From the NCBI RefSeq assembly GCF_009834535.1, contig NC_045696.1, positions 109,556,001 through 109,620,000 of the forward strand: a stretch of 64,000 nucleotides of DNA. Direction: 5' to 3'. The DNA comes from Camelus ferus. Its lineage: Eukaryota. Shown in pieces: positions 1-10,790 of this stretch. A program made the translations under genes and the position numbers. Position 1 is the first letter of the stretch. Every line of letters starts with the position of its first letter. The notes beneath the pieces are model-generated. The model was not told the origin of the DNA and did not search any database. It was given only the letters and a program-made list of their open reading frames with translations.

Positions 1-111
1 CTGCAGGTGGGCTACAAGGCCCTGGGCACGCTGCTGCTCCTCTTCATCAGCTGGCGGGTGAAGAAGAACAAGGAGTACAATGTGCAGGACAAGGCTGCCG
101 GCCTCATCTGA
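1..111 (+). CDS. SLCO2A1: Prostaglandin transporter (OATP2A1), 3' part of the last coding exon; partial, begins upstream of the window
   Basis: Frame 1 reads [40 protein letters not shown] (TGA 109-111). This matches the SLCO2A1 C-terminus as I recall it (...[32 protein letters not shown]). The downstream RAB6B on the same strand fits known synteny. Confidence 0.96.
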   Translation: MQVGYKALGTLLLLFISWRVKKNKEYNVQDKAAGLI

Positions 112-1960
112 CTGTGACCTCGGCCCGCGCCCTGCTTGCGGGAGCGGACCCTGCCCCACACCTGCCTATATTACTAATGTTAACATGGCGTCTCCTTTTT
201 GTTTCCTAAATAAGAAAGAAAACCCCATTGCCATTTTCCCTCCCTGTCCCCTCCTCCCAAAACCCCCACCCCTAGGGTCCCTTAGGGCTGCTGTGCACCT
301 GGGCCCGGTGGGCACAGAGCTGGAGGGCTGGGTCTTCCCTGGCTCCTTGGGAGGGGCCCCAACCAGAGGCCCAGGCTCACCCTGCCCGACGAGGATGCTC
401 ACTGAGGCAGCTCTGTCCCCCACCAACCCTGCAGGGGATGGTTTCCTAAGTGGGGAGACCTCTGGGTCTCTGCCCAGAGGAAGAAGTGAGGGGCTGAGTT
501 ATTATTGGCCCGAACCAGCCTAGGGGTAGCCTGGCTCAGCCGCCTCTGCATCTGGGTTTAGCACCAGCACAGACCCCAGGAGGGGCTGGCTCCCTTCCCC
601 TCAGATGCTCGCTCCCTGCCCCGAGAGGCCACTTTGGGAACTGCCGGGTTGGGAAGTGTGGCCAGCCAGCTGCTCCCTCTCTCACCCACACTCAGGCACC
701 AGAACTGGGACTAAGACACCCTGAGAATGGGTCATCCAAGTGCTGTTCCCATGAACTCTGGACCCTGCCGTGCGCGGCTCTGCGCACATTTATCTGTCTT
801 TCCGGGGGTACTTCTCAAACTGGGAAAGCCACATCCTGGGGAAGCCGAGGCAGGCTGTGGGTGGCCATGATGCCACCCCCGCCCCACAGTGTGAAGACAA
901 GACTCCTCCTCTCAAAGTGATGGGAAGACCCTCCCCAAGTTTCCTCGGGTGCAGATGACCGTGGCTTCACACTGGCTCCCCTGTCTGGACTTAGCCTGTG
1001 GGTCGTGGAGTAAAGAGGTGGTCAGAGATGTCAGCCAAACAAGTGCCGAAACCGAGAGGTTGTCAGAAGCTGCCTAAGCTGGACGGCCAGCTGAGCCCAG
1101 AAAGGACAGGCCTCAGAAGGTGACTTCCCGGGTTCCCAACATGCCTGTTATAATCGTCAACATTTCTCAGCCTCTTCTCAACCCCCCAGGGCAGAGAGGC
1201 GCTGCTGCTGTGGGGTGGAGGTTCAGAGTTAGAAGCCAACAAAGGAGGCCTTTCATCCACAAATACTTTATTTATTGGAGACTGACTTTTGTATAAGGCA
1301 GCGCTAGTGTGTGGTTCTCCCCTGAGCTTCCCTGTGGTCTCACCTCCCCGCCCTCCATCTGTAGAGAGGGCTTGCTGGGCAACGCGGGGGATTCACAGCA
1401 GGAACCAGAGATGGACTGAGCCCACACCTGGCCTTCAGAGACAGAGAGCTGACTCACCCTGTCCCCTGGGGCAGCTGGCCGTTGGTCATGGTCACAGGTG
1501 AATGGAGCTGTTGAGTGTCTCTCCTCTTGGAAGACCCTTCCAGAAGCCACTTTGGGGAAGGCCTCATATGGTAGAATGTCAATGGCCACTCTGCCATGGG
1601 ACCAAAGTCTTTGTGAAGGCCACCGCTACAGACAACCTGATTCCAAAGCCACCAGCTCTGTTTCCTAAGCTCTCACTCAGGAAGGGAGGCTCTATGCAAC
1701 CTCAGGGGCCAGTGTCAGCCTTTAAAATGGTCCTGCTTGGAAAATGATTCCCTGCGACTAATCCTGGTCCTTCTTGCTGCAATTTAACCAAATTCTGAAG
1801 GCGCTGCCTTCAGCTGAGCTCATCAACAGAGAATGCCAACCTTTAGATTCTGGAAGATGGTTGCCCTCTGAAGCCTTTATTCTATTATGATATTGCTATT
1901 AATATAGTATAATTTTGCTACTGATGTAACTTGGTCATGAATTTGCATTGTCATGTATAT
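112..1960 (+). other. SLCO2A1: SLCO2A1 3'UTR (3' end uncertain)
   Basis: Follows the stop codon. AU-rich TTTATTTATT at ~1267-1276. AT-rich block at 1870-1960 holds a variant hexamer AATATA (1901-1906). The end is estimated from the ~2-kb UTR known in other mammals. Confidence 0.5.
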
Positions 1961-2374
1961 CTGTCAGAGAGCCAACAGAACTTGTGCCTCTGGCCAGAGG
2001 GGATGCCCTGACACGACCCTCAGGGGCCCACGGCTGGGGGGATGGGAGGTAACACAACTCAACCCATCAGCCTGGTACAGAGCAGGCAGCAGACACCTTT
2101 TGTTTGGTCAGTGAATCTCTGCAGGGGACTGTCAAATGCCCACGGTGCAGGGCTCTGGGGGACCTGATCCCTGCCCTTGAGTTTCTGTGCAGAAGTGGGG
2201 TTGGACACGAACAGCTAAGTCCACGATACAGAACAGAACTAATGTCATAATCATCACCGATCACTTGGTCACAGCCAATCCTGCTGTTTCCGCAGCAAAT
2301 CTTTCCAACTGCCAACAGGGACCGTAACACTCACCTTCATTTCATGTCTGGAGCAAAGCTTAACAAGCCTCCTT

Positions 2375-2545
2375 GAGTGTCAGACTCTCGTAGAGGGTGT
2401 TGTTAAAGCAGGCTCCCAGCCCTCTCCACCCAGCTCCAGGGCTATTTATTTAGGTCTGAGGGGGACCCAGGAGTGACACTTCTCACCGGCCCCTTGTGTG
2501 AGGCTGATGCGGGTGGTGGTCAAACCCAGTGTGGTGGGTCCTCAG
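2375..2545. mobile_element. MER5A-like hAT MITE relic
   Basis: TGTTAAAGCAGGCTCCCAGCCC...AGGTCTGAGGGGGACCCAGGAG...GAGGCTGATGC resembles the MER5A consensus. Confidence 0.45.
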
Positions 2546-5190
2546 AGCGTCAGGGACGCCCACTTATGCTTAGACCACCGAGACATTGACACTCAGTAGG
2601 CCTTTGGTTAGCTCAGATGTGAGTGGAAGAGGACAGGGTGAATCTGATCTCCTGGGTGGCTGCCATCAGGGGCCAGTGGGCTCAGAAGACGGTGCAAGAG
2701 CTCACATTTATATTAGGTTCTCACCAGTCCTGAGAGGGGAATTCAAGCCTGGGAGTGCGAAATGTGTCACAGTTAGTTCTTTAAATCGGTTGTGTCTGAC
2801 TTCAAGCCTTCATGCTGCTGGCTGCCTGGAAATTCAGTATCAACCAGCCTTGGGCCTGGCTCCCAGAGCCATCCACAGGTCCTTGGATCCTGCCACCGGG
2901 GGTCTTTGGTCCCTTCCCAGTCTGAGGCCCCCTGTCAGCCCTGCTTCTCCCCAGAGCCTGGAAACCCTGCAGAGGCCAGATCCCAAGACTAGGGCCAGCT
3001 CCCTGGGCACACCCCAGCCATGCTCCATGACACGTCCAGTCCTAGGAAGCCTGCCCTCTGCCTCACTCCCTCTCCCAGTCCCTCAAGGGATGAACGAAAA
3101 GGAAGGAAAGGAAGAGTCTGCAGGAACCTTTTAATTGCATCCTTCCTTGACCTTTCTTGGCTCCAGAGAGAGAAAATGCAGTGATAATTAAACACCATAT
3201 TGTCATAAATTATCCTTTGGCCCAAAGCCCTCTGGAGTGATCCTTCCCATAGCCCCATGGTAGAGGCCAGACTGGTCTTCAAGCCCCATTTGAAGATGAG
3301 GAATTTGCAATCAAGGAAATAACCGTTGGGGTCAACTCTGTGCAAATAACTGGCCAGACCTGGACTCAAACCAGGCTGTCCAGCCCTGTCTGTCTGCTCC
3401 AGCTCCAGCTTATTCTGAAATTGGAGGCGGGTGGAAGTGCCTCTGTTCCCACGGGAGTTCACTGGACCGCCAGGGGCAGGTGGGGGCATCTACTGAGGGT
3501 GAAGGGAAGTGGGTGATGGAGGTGGAGAGAGCCAGGTAGTGTTTCACTTACCCACCTTCTATTCAGGTCACAACATTACAACTGTTCATTAACCAAGGCA
3601 GCGTCAGCCCTATCTCACCCAGAGTCAAAAGAAAGTCACAGAGAAAAGGGACAAAGGGAAAAAAGGCCATCAGGAGAAAAGGCCCCGAGAGGGCTGCACA
3701 CAGACAGACCTTCAAGGGGACACCTCCACCTGGTGACGGGTTAGCAGATTCTCGCTTGGCAGATTCTCATGAAGCCACGTTGTGATTTTCTCCAACCGTC
3801 CTCGAAGATGGAGAGATACAGCTAAGTTTGGGGCTGGATCTAGTCAGTATCAAGTTGATATTAAAATATTATATTACAGATTCCCAGAGGGGTTGGCAGG
3901 TGCTGTGTGTGTGTGTGTGAAAGAAAGAAACAGGGAAAAAAAACCCAAAACAACAACCCAAAAACCTGTGAATCCAAGAGAAAAACCTTATCTTTTACAA
4001 CCACAGGAACTACACACCTGGGAGAAGTGTCTACCTCCTGCTAATAGCACAGATTTCACTATAAACTTCCATCAGAGGTTAAATATGTGAACAGGTCGTG
4101 GGCAAGCCCTTGGCAAATCGTTACCGGAGAGAAAGTTTTTCTCCCATGACACACCCTGCCCGTTCATCCACTCTCTGCCCCGTCCCCGCCCCTGCAGTGC
4201 TGTTGCCACACAGCATGGTGTCACCGCAGCCTGCTGGCGTCCCTGCCCCCCGGGCACCTGCTCCGACTCAATAACAGTGCACGGACCTTTACGGTTTGCA
4301 AAACCACCCATTCATTAAACAAATTCCTTTAACTGTAACTCAGCATAGGCTTGGCTGTGCTGTGGTAACAAACGTCATCCATCTGTCATGTGACACAACG
4401 GGAGTGCATGTCTTGCTCACCTAAAGTCTACTGTGGGTCTGGGTGACTCTCCGGGACATGTGGTAGCTGAGTACCTTTATTTCATAACGTCCTGCCGCAG
4501 GTGACGGGGCAGGGCCAGGAAGTCCTCGCAGGTCTTGCACTGCTAAGGAAATGTTTTGGCCCAGAAGTAACACGCCTCGCCTGCACTCTGAGGCCGGCTC
4601 TGAGGAAGCAGAGTGGAGTGGTGGCAGAGGGCGATGGAGGGTCAGGGAAGGGTTCTCCCGAGATGGTAGAGATGTGCTGGGGCAAAGGGCCATGGGATCG
4701 AGGAGGCTGAGGAGTCAAAGAGAAGGGCCCTGAGGAGGGGGGTTGGTGAGCTGATCCCCAGTGGAGGAGTCTCACCCAGATCTTCCCCCAGCCCCGGGGA
4801 GGCCGGTACAACTAGTCCTGTCCTACAGATGGAGGAAACAAAGCCCCTCCGAGTTGTCACTTGTGCCTCATTTATTCACTTAGTACCTGATGTCCATGAG
4901 GACAAAAGGGAACACACACCTGGTCCCCAACCTTCAAGGGCACATAATTAGGAGCAAGAATAAGACTTTAACAGAAGGCAAAGGCCAAGTGCTGCGAGCT
5001 CATTCAGAGAGGTCAGAGAAGCGGCTTGATCCTCGTCTTGCAGGATAGACTAGATTCCAAGAGATTTCAAAGTGCAGGCGAAGACATTCCAGGCGTAGGT
5101 CAGGAAGCAAGGAAACCTGTGCCAGTTCTGAGAACTTGCTGGACACAGGGTGTGTGAAGGAGAGCCAGGGTCATCTCTGGAAAGGTGGTC

Positions 5191-5719
5191 ATGTCCCGGC
5201 TTAGAACTGGAGGGTCTTGAGGGCTGCCTTGCACCATGAGTGGTGGGGCCAGCCTGGTCCTGTCTCCTGGCTCAGGGCCCAAGCCCACCTCTTCCCATTC
5301 AGGGCCTGGGAGGAGGGCCTAGAAGCCCCAGCCAACCGATCCCAGGGAGGTGCTTCCAGCTTGGGTCACCTCCTGGACTCTGGCTACCCTGGGAAGGGGC
5401 TCCTGCATGGGCCATGTCATCCCTCAGGGAGGGGCCCCCAGTACCCCCAGCACACACCAGCCCACCCAGCACACTCCCAGGGAGTCCCCGCTTCTGGTGC
5501 TGGGAGGAACCACGCCTTTGCAGCCTCCTTCTTGGTCGGAGCTCCAGGGCTGCCGCAGCCCCGGGGCAGGGGCTGGCAGGGTCTGGTGGGATGGAAGCTG
5601 CTCTATCCCCTCCCTTCCCCCTCCACCTCCTCTCTCTTCCCTTCTGGGTGCTGAAAGTCCAGGCTTGGAGCTGGGAATCGGAAAGACAGTCTCAGGGCAG
5701 ACTGGGGCAGCTAATTCAA
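5191..5719 (+). pseudogene. Frame-disrupted, probably non-coding region resembling the human C3orf36 ORF
   Basis: Peptide pieces in three frames (LEGLE, SGGASLVLSPG, EGAPAWA, QHTP, GRNH, CSIPSL, STSSLFPSGC, QSQGRLGQLI) are collinear with the human C3orf36 protein as recalled. The position just downstream of SLCO2A1 on the same strand also fits. Stops at 5320-5322 and 5652-5654 plus frameshifts. Confidence 0.55.
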
Positions 5720-6026
5720 AGGAGTGTCCATTCAGGCCCCCGGTGTGTCTGTCGTCAACCCCTTTCTCTTTGCTTTGTCGTCCATAAATGTGCGATACGT
5801 CGGGTGTCCCCTTCTACAGACACCAAATCCATAAACGTGACCTCAGAGGTCCCAGATAGGGGCCAACATTTGCTTAAACCTTGGTCTTCATTATGAGGCA
5901 GAAGCTTTCCCTTGGGTCCCCACTAGCAGACCCAGGCAGGTTTCAGTGTTCCGGTCCAGCTCGTTCGCCCCGGTTGCCTCCCCAGACACGCTGAGATTCC
6001 AGAAGGGCTCCTGCAGCCCAGCCTTT

Positions 6027-6160
6027 CAATAGCTCAGGTGTGTTGAGCGCTCAGACATGGTTCTAAGAGCTTCCCATACGTTTGCACATTTAATCGTCAC
6101 CACAGTCCACTGAGATGCAGTTATCAGGCCGTTTGCCATGAGGAACCTGAGGCACAGCGG
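6027..6160 (-). mobile_element. MIR SINE fragment
   Basis: TTGAGCGCT...TTCTAAGAGCTT...ATTTAATCGTCACCACAG...TGAGGAACCTGAGGCACAG is the reverse complement of the MIR core. Confidence 0.6.
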
Positions 6161-6194
6161 GCTGTAGTCCAGGTTCCTTTTCTCTCCTTTCCAC

Positions 6195-6860
6195 CGCAGA
6201 CAGGCGGCGCAGGACAGGCGGCTGGGGTCTGCAGAGCCCAGACCGGAGCCGCGGGAGCCAGGCCGAGCGACAGGTGGCCACCAGGGGGCGCCGCCCGCCG
6301 CGCCGGGGCCCTGCAGCGACACGCGGGCGCACCACGCCCCCCGGCCGGACGGACGCAGGGGAGCCCCGCTCTGCGTCCCGACCGCGCACCTTGCCGTGGG
6401 CTCCCCGCCACCTGGCCCCACGTTCCTCTCTCAAACCAGCGTCCTCGCCCCGGCGTCCTCGGGCCTACTGGGCTCCTCTCGCCCATCCCACTCCCGCATG
6501 CACCCTCCCATCCTGACCTCCCCTAGCAGCCCGGGTCTGAGCCCGCCTGCGCCTGCCCACCGGACGTGGCCTTGAGGTTTCCCTCTCCTGTCCCGCGATA
6601 AAGCACCATTTAGTCTGTTTATCTGTATACAGATAAATATATAAAATATAATATATATATTACAAAAGTGTAATAAACACATTACAGAATGAGAAAAGTA
6701 GAGAAAAGGATGCCAGGAAGCAGCGAAAGGGCCCGCGGGCACACACCCGGCTTCCTCCATGCTGTCCGCCGTGTCGTGGGCAGGGCGGGCGGTCACCCTA
6801 GCCCTCCGTGTGGGGTCCCTCCCCCAGCGCCGCCGCCTGGGGACCACAGTTCCGCCACTG
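6195..6860. promoter_or_regulatory. Intergenic (orphan) CpG island interrupted by a ~100-bp AT-rich block
   Basis: Dense CpG and very high GC at 6195-6600 and 6720-6860, with no associated coding exon. Confidence 0.75.
6275..6293 (+). promoter_or_regulatory. CTCF motif, near-consensus
   Basis: TGGCCACCAGGGGGCGCCG versus the CTCF consensus TGGCCACCAGGGGGCGCTA (first 17 bases identical). Confidence 0.8.
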
Positions 6861-7296
6861 CAGGGGGCTCAGGTATCCTCGGGTCCCTCCTTCCTCTCGT
6901 TCCTAGAGCACCTCCTGGGCCCTGAGATAGGAGCGGGCACCAGAGTGAAACCCAAGTCTACATCCCGAACCCTGTCGCCCATCCTGTCGCATCAGGCAAG
7001 TGCTGGGCACTAGGCTTGTGGCGGTGAACAAGACAAACAGAACCCCTTCTCCCCTGCAATTTACACTTTGGGAAGGAAGACTGACATAACCAAGAAGGTT
7101 CACAAATCGTGTGGCTGCAGTTTGCTAATAATCAATTACAGGTGCAGCAGTACCACGAAAGAAAAGTGTAGACAGATGCGTGGATCGAAATGCAGGGTGA
7201 AGGTGGGGTATGCGGTGGTAACACGAAGGTAATACAGGCCAGTTCCCTAAGGGCACTGGGGATCAGGAGCTGAGGAGGCGCGCTCTAGCTGAATCT

Positions 7297-8380
7297 CTCT
7301 CTCTCTTTTTTAAATTAGCTTTTATTTTATTTCATTTTTTTATTGAAGTACAGTCTGTTACAATGTGTCGGTCTCTGGCGAACAGCACAATGTCCCAGTC
7401 ATACATACACATACATACATTCATTTTCATATTCTTTTTCATTAAAGATTATTACAAGATATTGAATACAGTTCCCTGTGCTATACAGAAGACACTTGTT
7501 TTTAAATCTATTTTTATATATAGTAGCTAACATTTGCAAATCTCAAACTCCCAAATTTATCCGTTCCCAACCCCCCGCTTTTCCCCTGGTAACCATAAGA
7601 TTGTTTACTATGTCTGCAAGTCTATTTCTGTTTTGTAGATGAGTTCATAGTGTACTTTCTTTTTTTCTTTTTCTTTTTCAGATTCCACATGAGTGATATC
7701 ACACGGTATTTTTCTTTCTCTTTTTGTCTTAACTTCACTTAGAATGACAATCTCCAGGTCCATCCATGTTGCTGCGAATGGCATTGTTTTTTTATGGCTG
7801 AGTAGTATTCCATTGTGTAAATATACCACATCTTCTTTATCCAGTCATCTGTCAATGGACATTTAGGTTGTTTCCATGTCTTGGCTGTTGTAAATAGTGC
7901 TACTATGAACATTGAGGTGCATGTATCTTTTTGAATTAGAGTTCCATTTGGATACATACCCAGGAGTGGGATTGCTGGATCATATGGTAAGTCTATTTTT
8001 AGTTTTTTAACCTTTGTACCCGTTTCTCTTAGTTCTGTCAGCCAAGAGGCTGCTGTGCACTTCTCCAAGCCTCACGGCTTCCCGCTCCATCCCCGCTGAC
8101 CTCCCCGTTGCAGATGGGGCATGCCAGCGAAAGAGAGCTATTCCTGCTTTGCCGCTCTCTCCCTGCAGGGCGAGTCCTGCACTAATTTCCTTTTTCTTCT
8201 TTTTTTTTTTCTCCTGCCAGGTTTGTGAGGAATTTTGTCTTTTGAGGAAAGCAATGCGCTGTCAAAGTTCAGCAGGTGTTCTGAGTGAACGGGTGGGTCT
8301 GTGGACGTCTCTCTTGGTGTATTTGTGGGAGAGGGTGAGCTAAGAGTGTCCTACTCTGCCTTCTTGGCTGCTCCCCTCCG
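7297..8380 (-). mobile_element. Internally deleted L1: 5'UTR (8011-8380) joined to the ORF2 C-terminus, 3'UTR and A-tail (7297-8010), with TSD
   Basis: ORF2 C-terminal peptide KKLKIDLPYDPAIPLLGMYP...WKQPKCP...MEYYSAIKK. The sense strand starts GGAGGGGAGCAGCCAAGAAGGCAGAGTAGG, like an L1 5' terminus. Direct repeat GCTGAATCT at 7288-7296 and 8381-8389. Confidence 0.8.
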
Positions 8381-8760
8381 GCTGAATCTTGAAGGATAGA
8401 GCAAGTCTGTTGAGCAGGGGACTTAGAGCAAAGGTGTTCTGGGCACAGGGGACTGCAGGAGTGAAGACTCAGAGATGAGGAAGCTTAAGGTGTGTTTGCC
8501 TGGAGGGCAGGGGTAGGTGGCACAGTTACAAGCTGCAGGAGGCAGAGTGTAGCAGGAGGCAGACTCTAGAGGGAGGGCCCACCATGTACACCTCTTTTAG
8601 TAACTGGGTGCTGCCTGTGGGTGACAGGAAGCTACTGACAGGTTTTTAAGAGGCAAGATGCAACCAGACTTCTGGGTTTAAAAGGCTGCTGGCTCTGGAT
8701 GTGTACTTGGGAAAGGGAGACTGGCTGACAAAGCTAGGTTCTTAGGAAGGAGGCCTCCTT
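8381..8760 (-). mobile_element. L2 relic, host of the L1 above; continues at ~7230-7296
   Basis: Removing the L1 restores GAGGAGG...GCTGAATCTTGAAGGATAGA...AAGGTGTTCTGGGCACAGGGGACTGCAGGAGTGAAGAC, typical of antisense L2. Confidence 0.55.
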
Positions 8761-9479
8761 CTTGTCATTGTCGCTGCTGGGGGCACTAGCATTAGAGGAG
8801 ATCAGAGCTGAGATGCTCCAGTGGGTCCAGAGCTTTCCAGGACCCACAGGTTCCCAGTGGCCTGGCTGAGCTGCCCAGAGTGCTGGGGGTTAGCATGAGA
8901 CCAGCTGGAGTGGGGTCCCTGCACCAGAATGTGCCTTGTTAGAAGCAGATGTTGGAAACTGGCTGTCTCTGGGCCCAACACATGGGTTCTAATTAGCCCA
9001 CATGACATTTATGTTTTTAATTAGCTGCAAACATTGGGAGACTTTGTATCTTGGGTATTTTTTTTTTTCTGGGAAAAACCCTGGGCCAGCACTCCAGCCA
9101 GACACTGAGGGACTGGAGCTGAGTAGAGACCACCCTTTCAGGTGGTCTCTATTCGGAGGGTTGCTGCGGTCCCCACATCACCTGCATACACCCACCCTTA
9201 AAGAGTCAAGCTAAGCCACCAGAAATCCAGGTGAATGTTGGAAAGGACTGGTCCAGAACTGGGGCCAGGAGAAGGAGCAAAGGGCTGCGTTTGAGAAATA
9301 ACTGCCAGGTGGATGACTGCCTGGTTGAAGCCACTAGAGACAGTTGACTGCAGGGGGTTGGTTTGGTCCAAACAGAACTCCCATATTGCTCCCCAAACCT
9401 CCTTTCACCAACTTTCCCATCTCACTTAGTGGCACTCCTATTGATCAGACCAAAAACTTGGAAACAATAAAAAATAAGC

Positions 9480-10100
9480 TTTTAAAATAATCAACTTTAT
9501 TGACATACAATCTGCATACAACAAAAGACAGTAATTTTAAGCCTATTTACTGTTCAGTGAGTTTTGGCCAGTGTTTGCAAGCATGCAACCATCATTTTAA
9601 TCCAGATATAGAACATTTCCATGACCGCCAGGAAATTTTTTGATATCCCTTTGCAGTCAATACTACCATCACCTCCTTACCTCGTCCTCCTTCCTCATGT
9701 AAACCATCACTGATATGCTTTATTTCACTACAGATAACTTTACTTGTTTTAGAATTTCATGTAAATGGGATCACACAATACATACTCTTAAGTGCCAGGC
9801 TTTTTTTGCTTAGCATAATGGTTCTGAGATTCATTCATGTGATTGTGGATACATAACAGTTTATTCCTTTTTCTTGCTGGTTAGTATTCCATTGGATGAA
9901 TAGACCATAATTTGCTTACCCATTCACCTGAGTATTTTGGTTGTTAACATTTTTTTTCACTACTATGAGTAAAACTGCTATGAACATTTGGGCACAAGTC
10001 TTTTCGTGGATGCATTTCCCTTGGAGAAATACCTGGTAGTAAAAATTGATCATAGCATGTGTGTGTGTTTAACTTTCTAAGAAGCTGCCTTTTTCCAAAG
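9480..10100 (-). mobile_element. Old L1M (L1MC/MD/ME-type) ORF2 end and 3'UTR
   Basis: AACTTTATTGACATACAA...GCATAATGGTTCTGAGATTCATTCATG...ACTGCTATGAACATT...TTTTCCAAAGTGG is an antisense L1 3' region. Confidence 0.75.
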
Positions 10101-10129
10101 TGGAAGTGGAAGTGGAAGACCCTGGTAAT

Positions 10130-10590
10130 GATCTCTCATGTAGAGTTCAAGTAGCACTAACAATAAAAAAAAAGACTGATAAATTGAACTGCATTAAAAA
10201 AAAATACCCTTTGGGAGAAGGAAAGAGCTCAGTGGTACAGCACATGCTTAGCATGCATGAGGTCCTGGGTTCGATCCCCAGTACCTGCATTAAATAAATA
10301 AACAAACAAACAAACTTCTTTTCATCAAAAATGCCATTAAAAGAGTGAAACAGGAAGCCACAGAGAAGAAAAAGAGATTTCCAATTTATAGAACAGGAAA
10401 AAAATTGTATCCAGAATCTGTGCATAAAACTCCTATACATATAAACAAGAAAAAGATGCACCCATTAGAGAAATGGACAGCAAATGTGAACACGTACCTC
10501 CCAAAAGAGGATGTCCAAATGGCCAGCAAGTATATTAAAATGTACTTTATATCATTAGTCATCAAGGAAATAAAAAATACAACTACAACT
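10130..10590 (+). mobile_element. Old L1 ORF2 fragment, interrupted by a SINE
   Basis: Degenerate ORF2 peptide KTDKLNCIK...HPLEKWTANVNTYLPKEDVQMASKYIK...SLVIKEIK. Confidence 0.75.
10213..10314 (+). mobile_element. tRNA-Ala-derived SINE (camelid vic-1-like)
   Basis: AGCTCAGTGGTACAGCACATGCTTAGCATGCATGAGGTCCTGGGTTCGATCCCCAGTACCT has A and B boxes and an AGC anticodon loop, followed by an (TAAA)/(CAAA) tail. Confidence 0.85.
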
Positions 10591-10594
10591 AAAA

Positions 10595-10790
10595 CTGATC
10601 TACTGTATAGCATAGGGAACTACGTTCAATTTCTTGTAATAACATATAATGAAAACGAATTGGAAAAATATATATGTATATATACCTATAAATGAATCAC
10701 TTTGCTGTATACCTGAAACTAACATTGTGAATCAACTACACTTCAATGAAAAACAAAATTTAAAAAAGAAGGCTATAAAAAAAAATAAGA
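10595..10790 (+). mobile_element. Young artiodactyl/camelid L1 3' end
   Basis: CTACTGTATAGCATAGGGAACTAC...AATCACTTTGCTGTATACCTGAAACTAACATTGTGAATCAACTACACTTCAAT followed by an A-rich tail. Confidence 0.75.

Noticed and set aside
7739..8068. 109-aa minus-strand ORF as a functional fusion protein
   Set aside because: It starts at TTG in the L1 5'UTR, crosses the deletion junction into the ORF2 tail, and shifts out of the ORF2 frame near the end.
10213..10290. Apparent tRNA-Ala(AGC) gene
   Set aside because: Anticodon and T arms pair, but the acceptor stem and D stem are broken. It has an A-rich tail, sits inside an L1 and has diverged sister copies at 60.1-60.8 kb, so it is a SINE.
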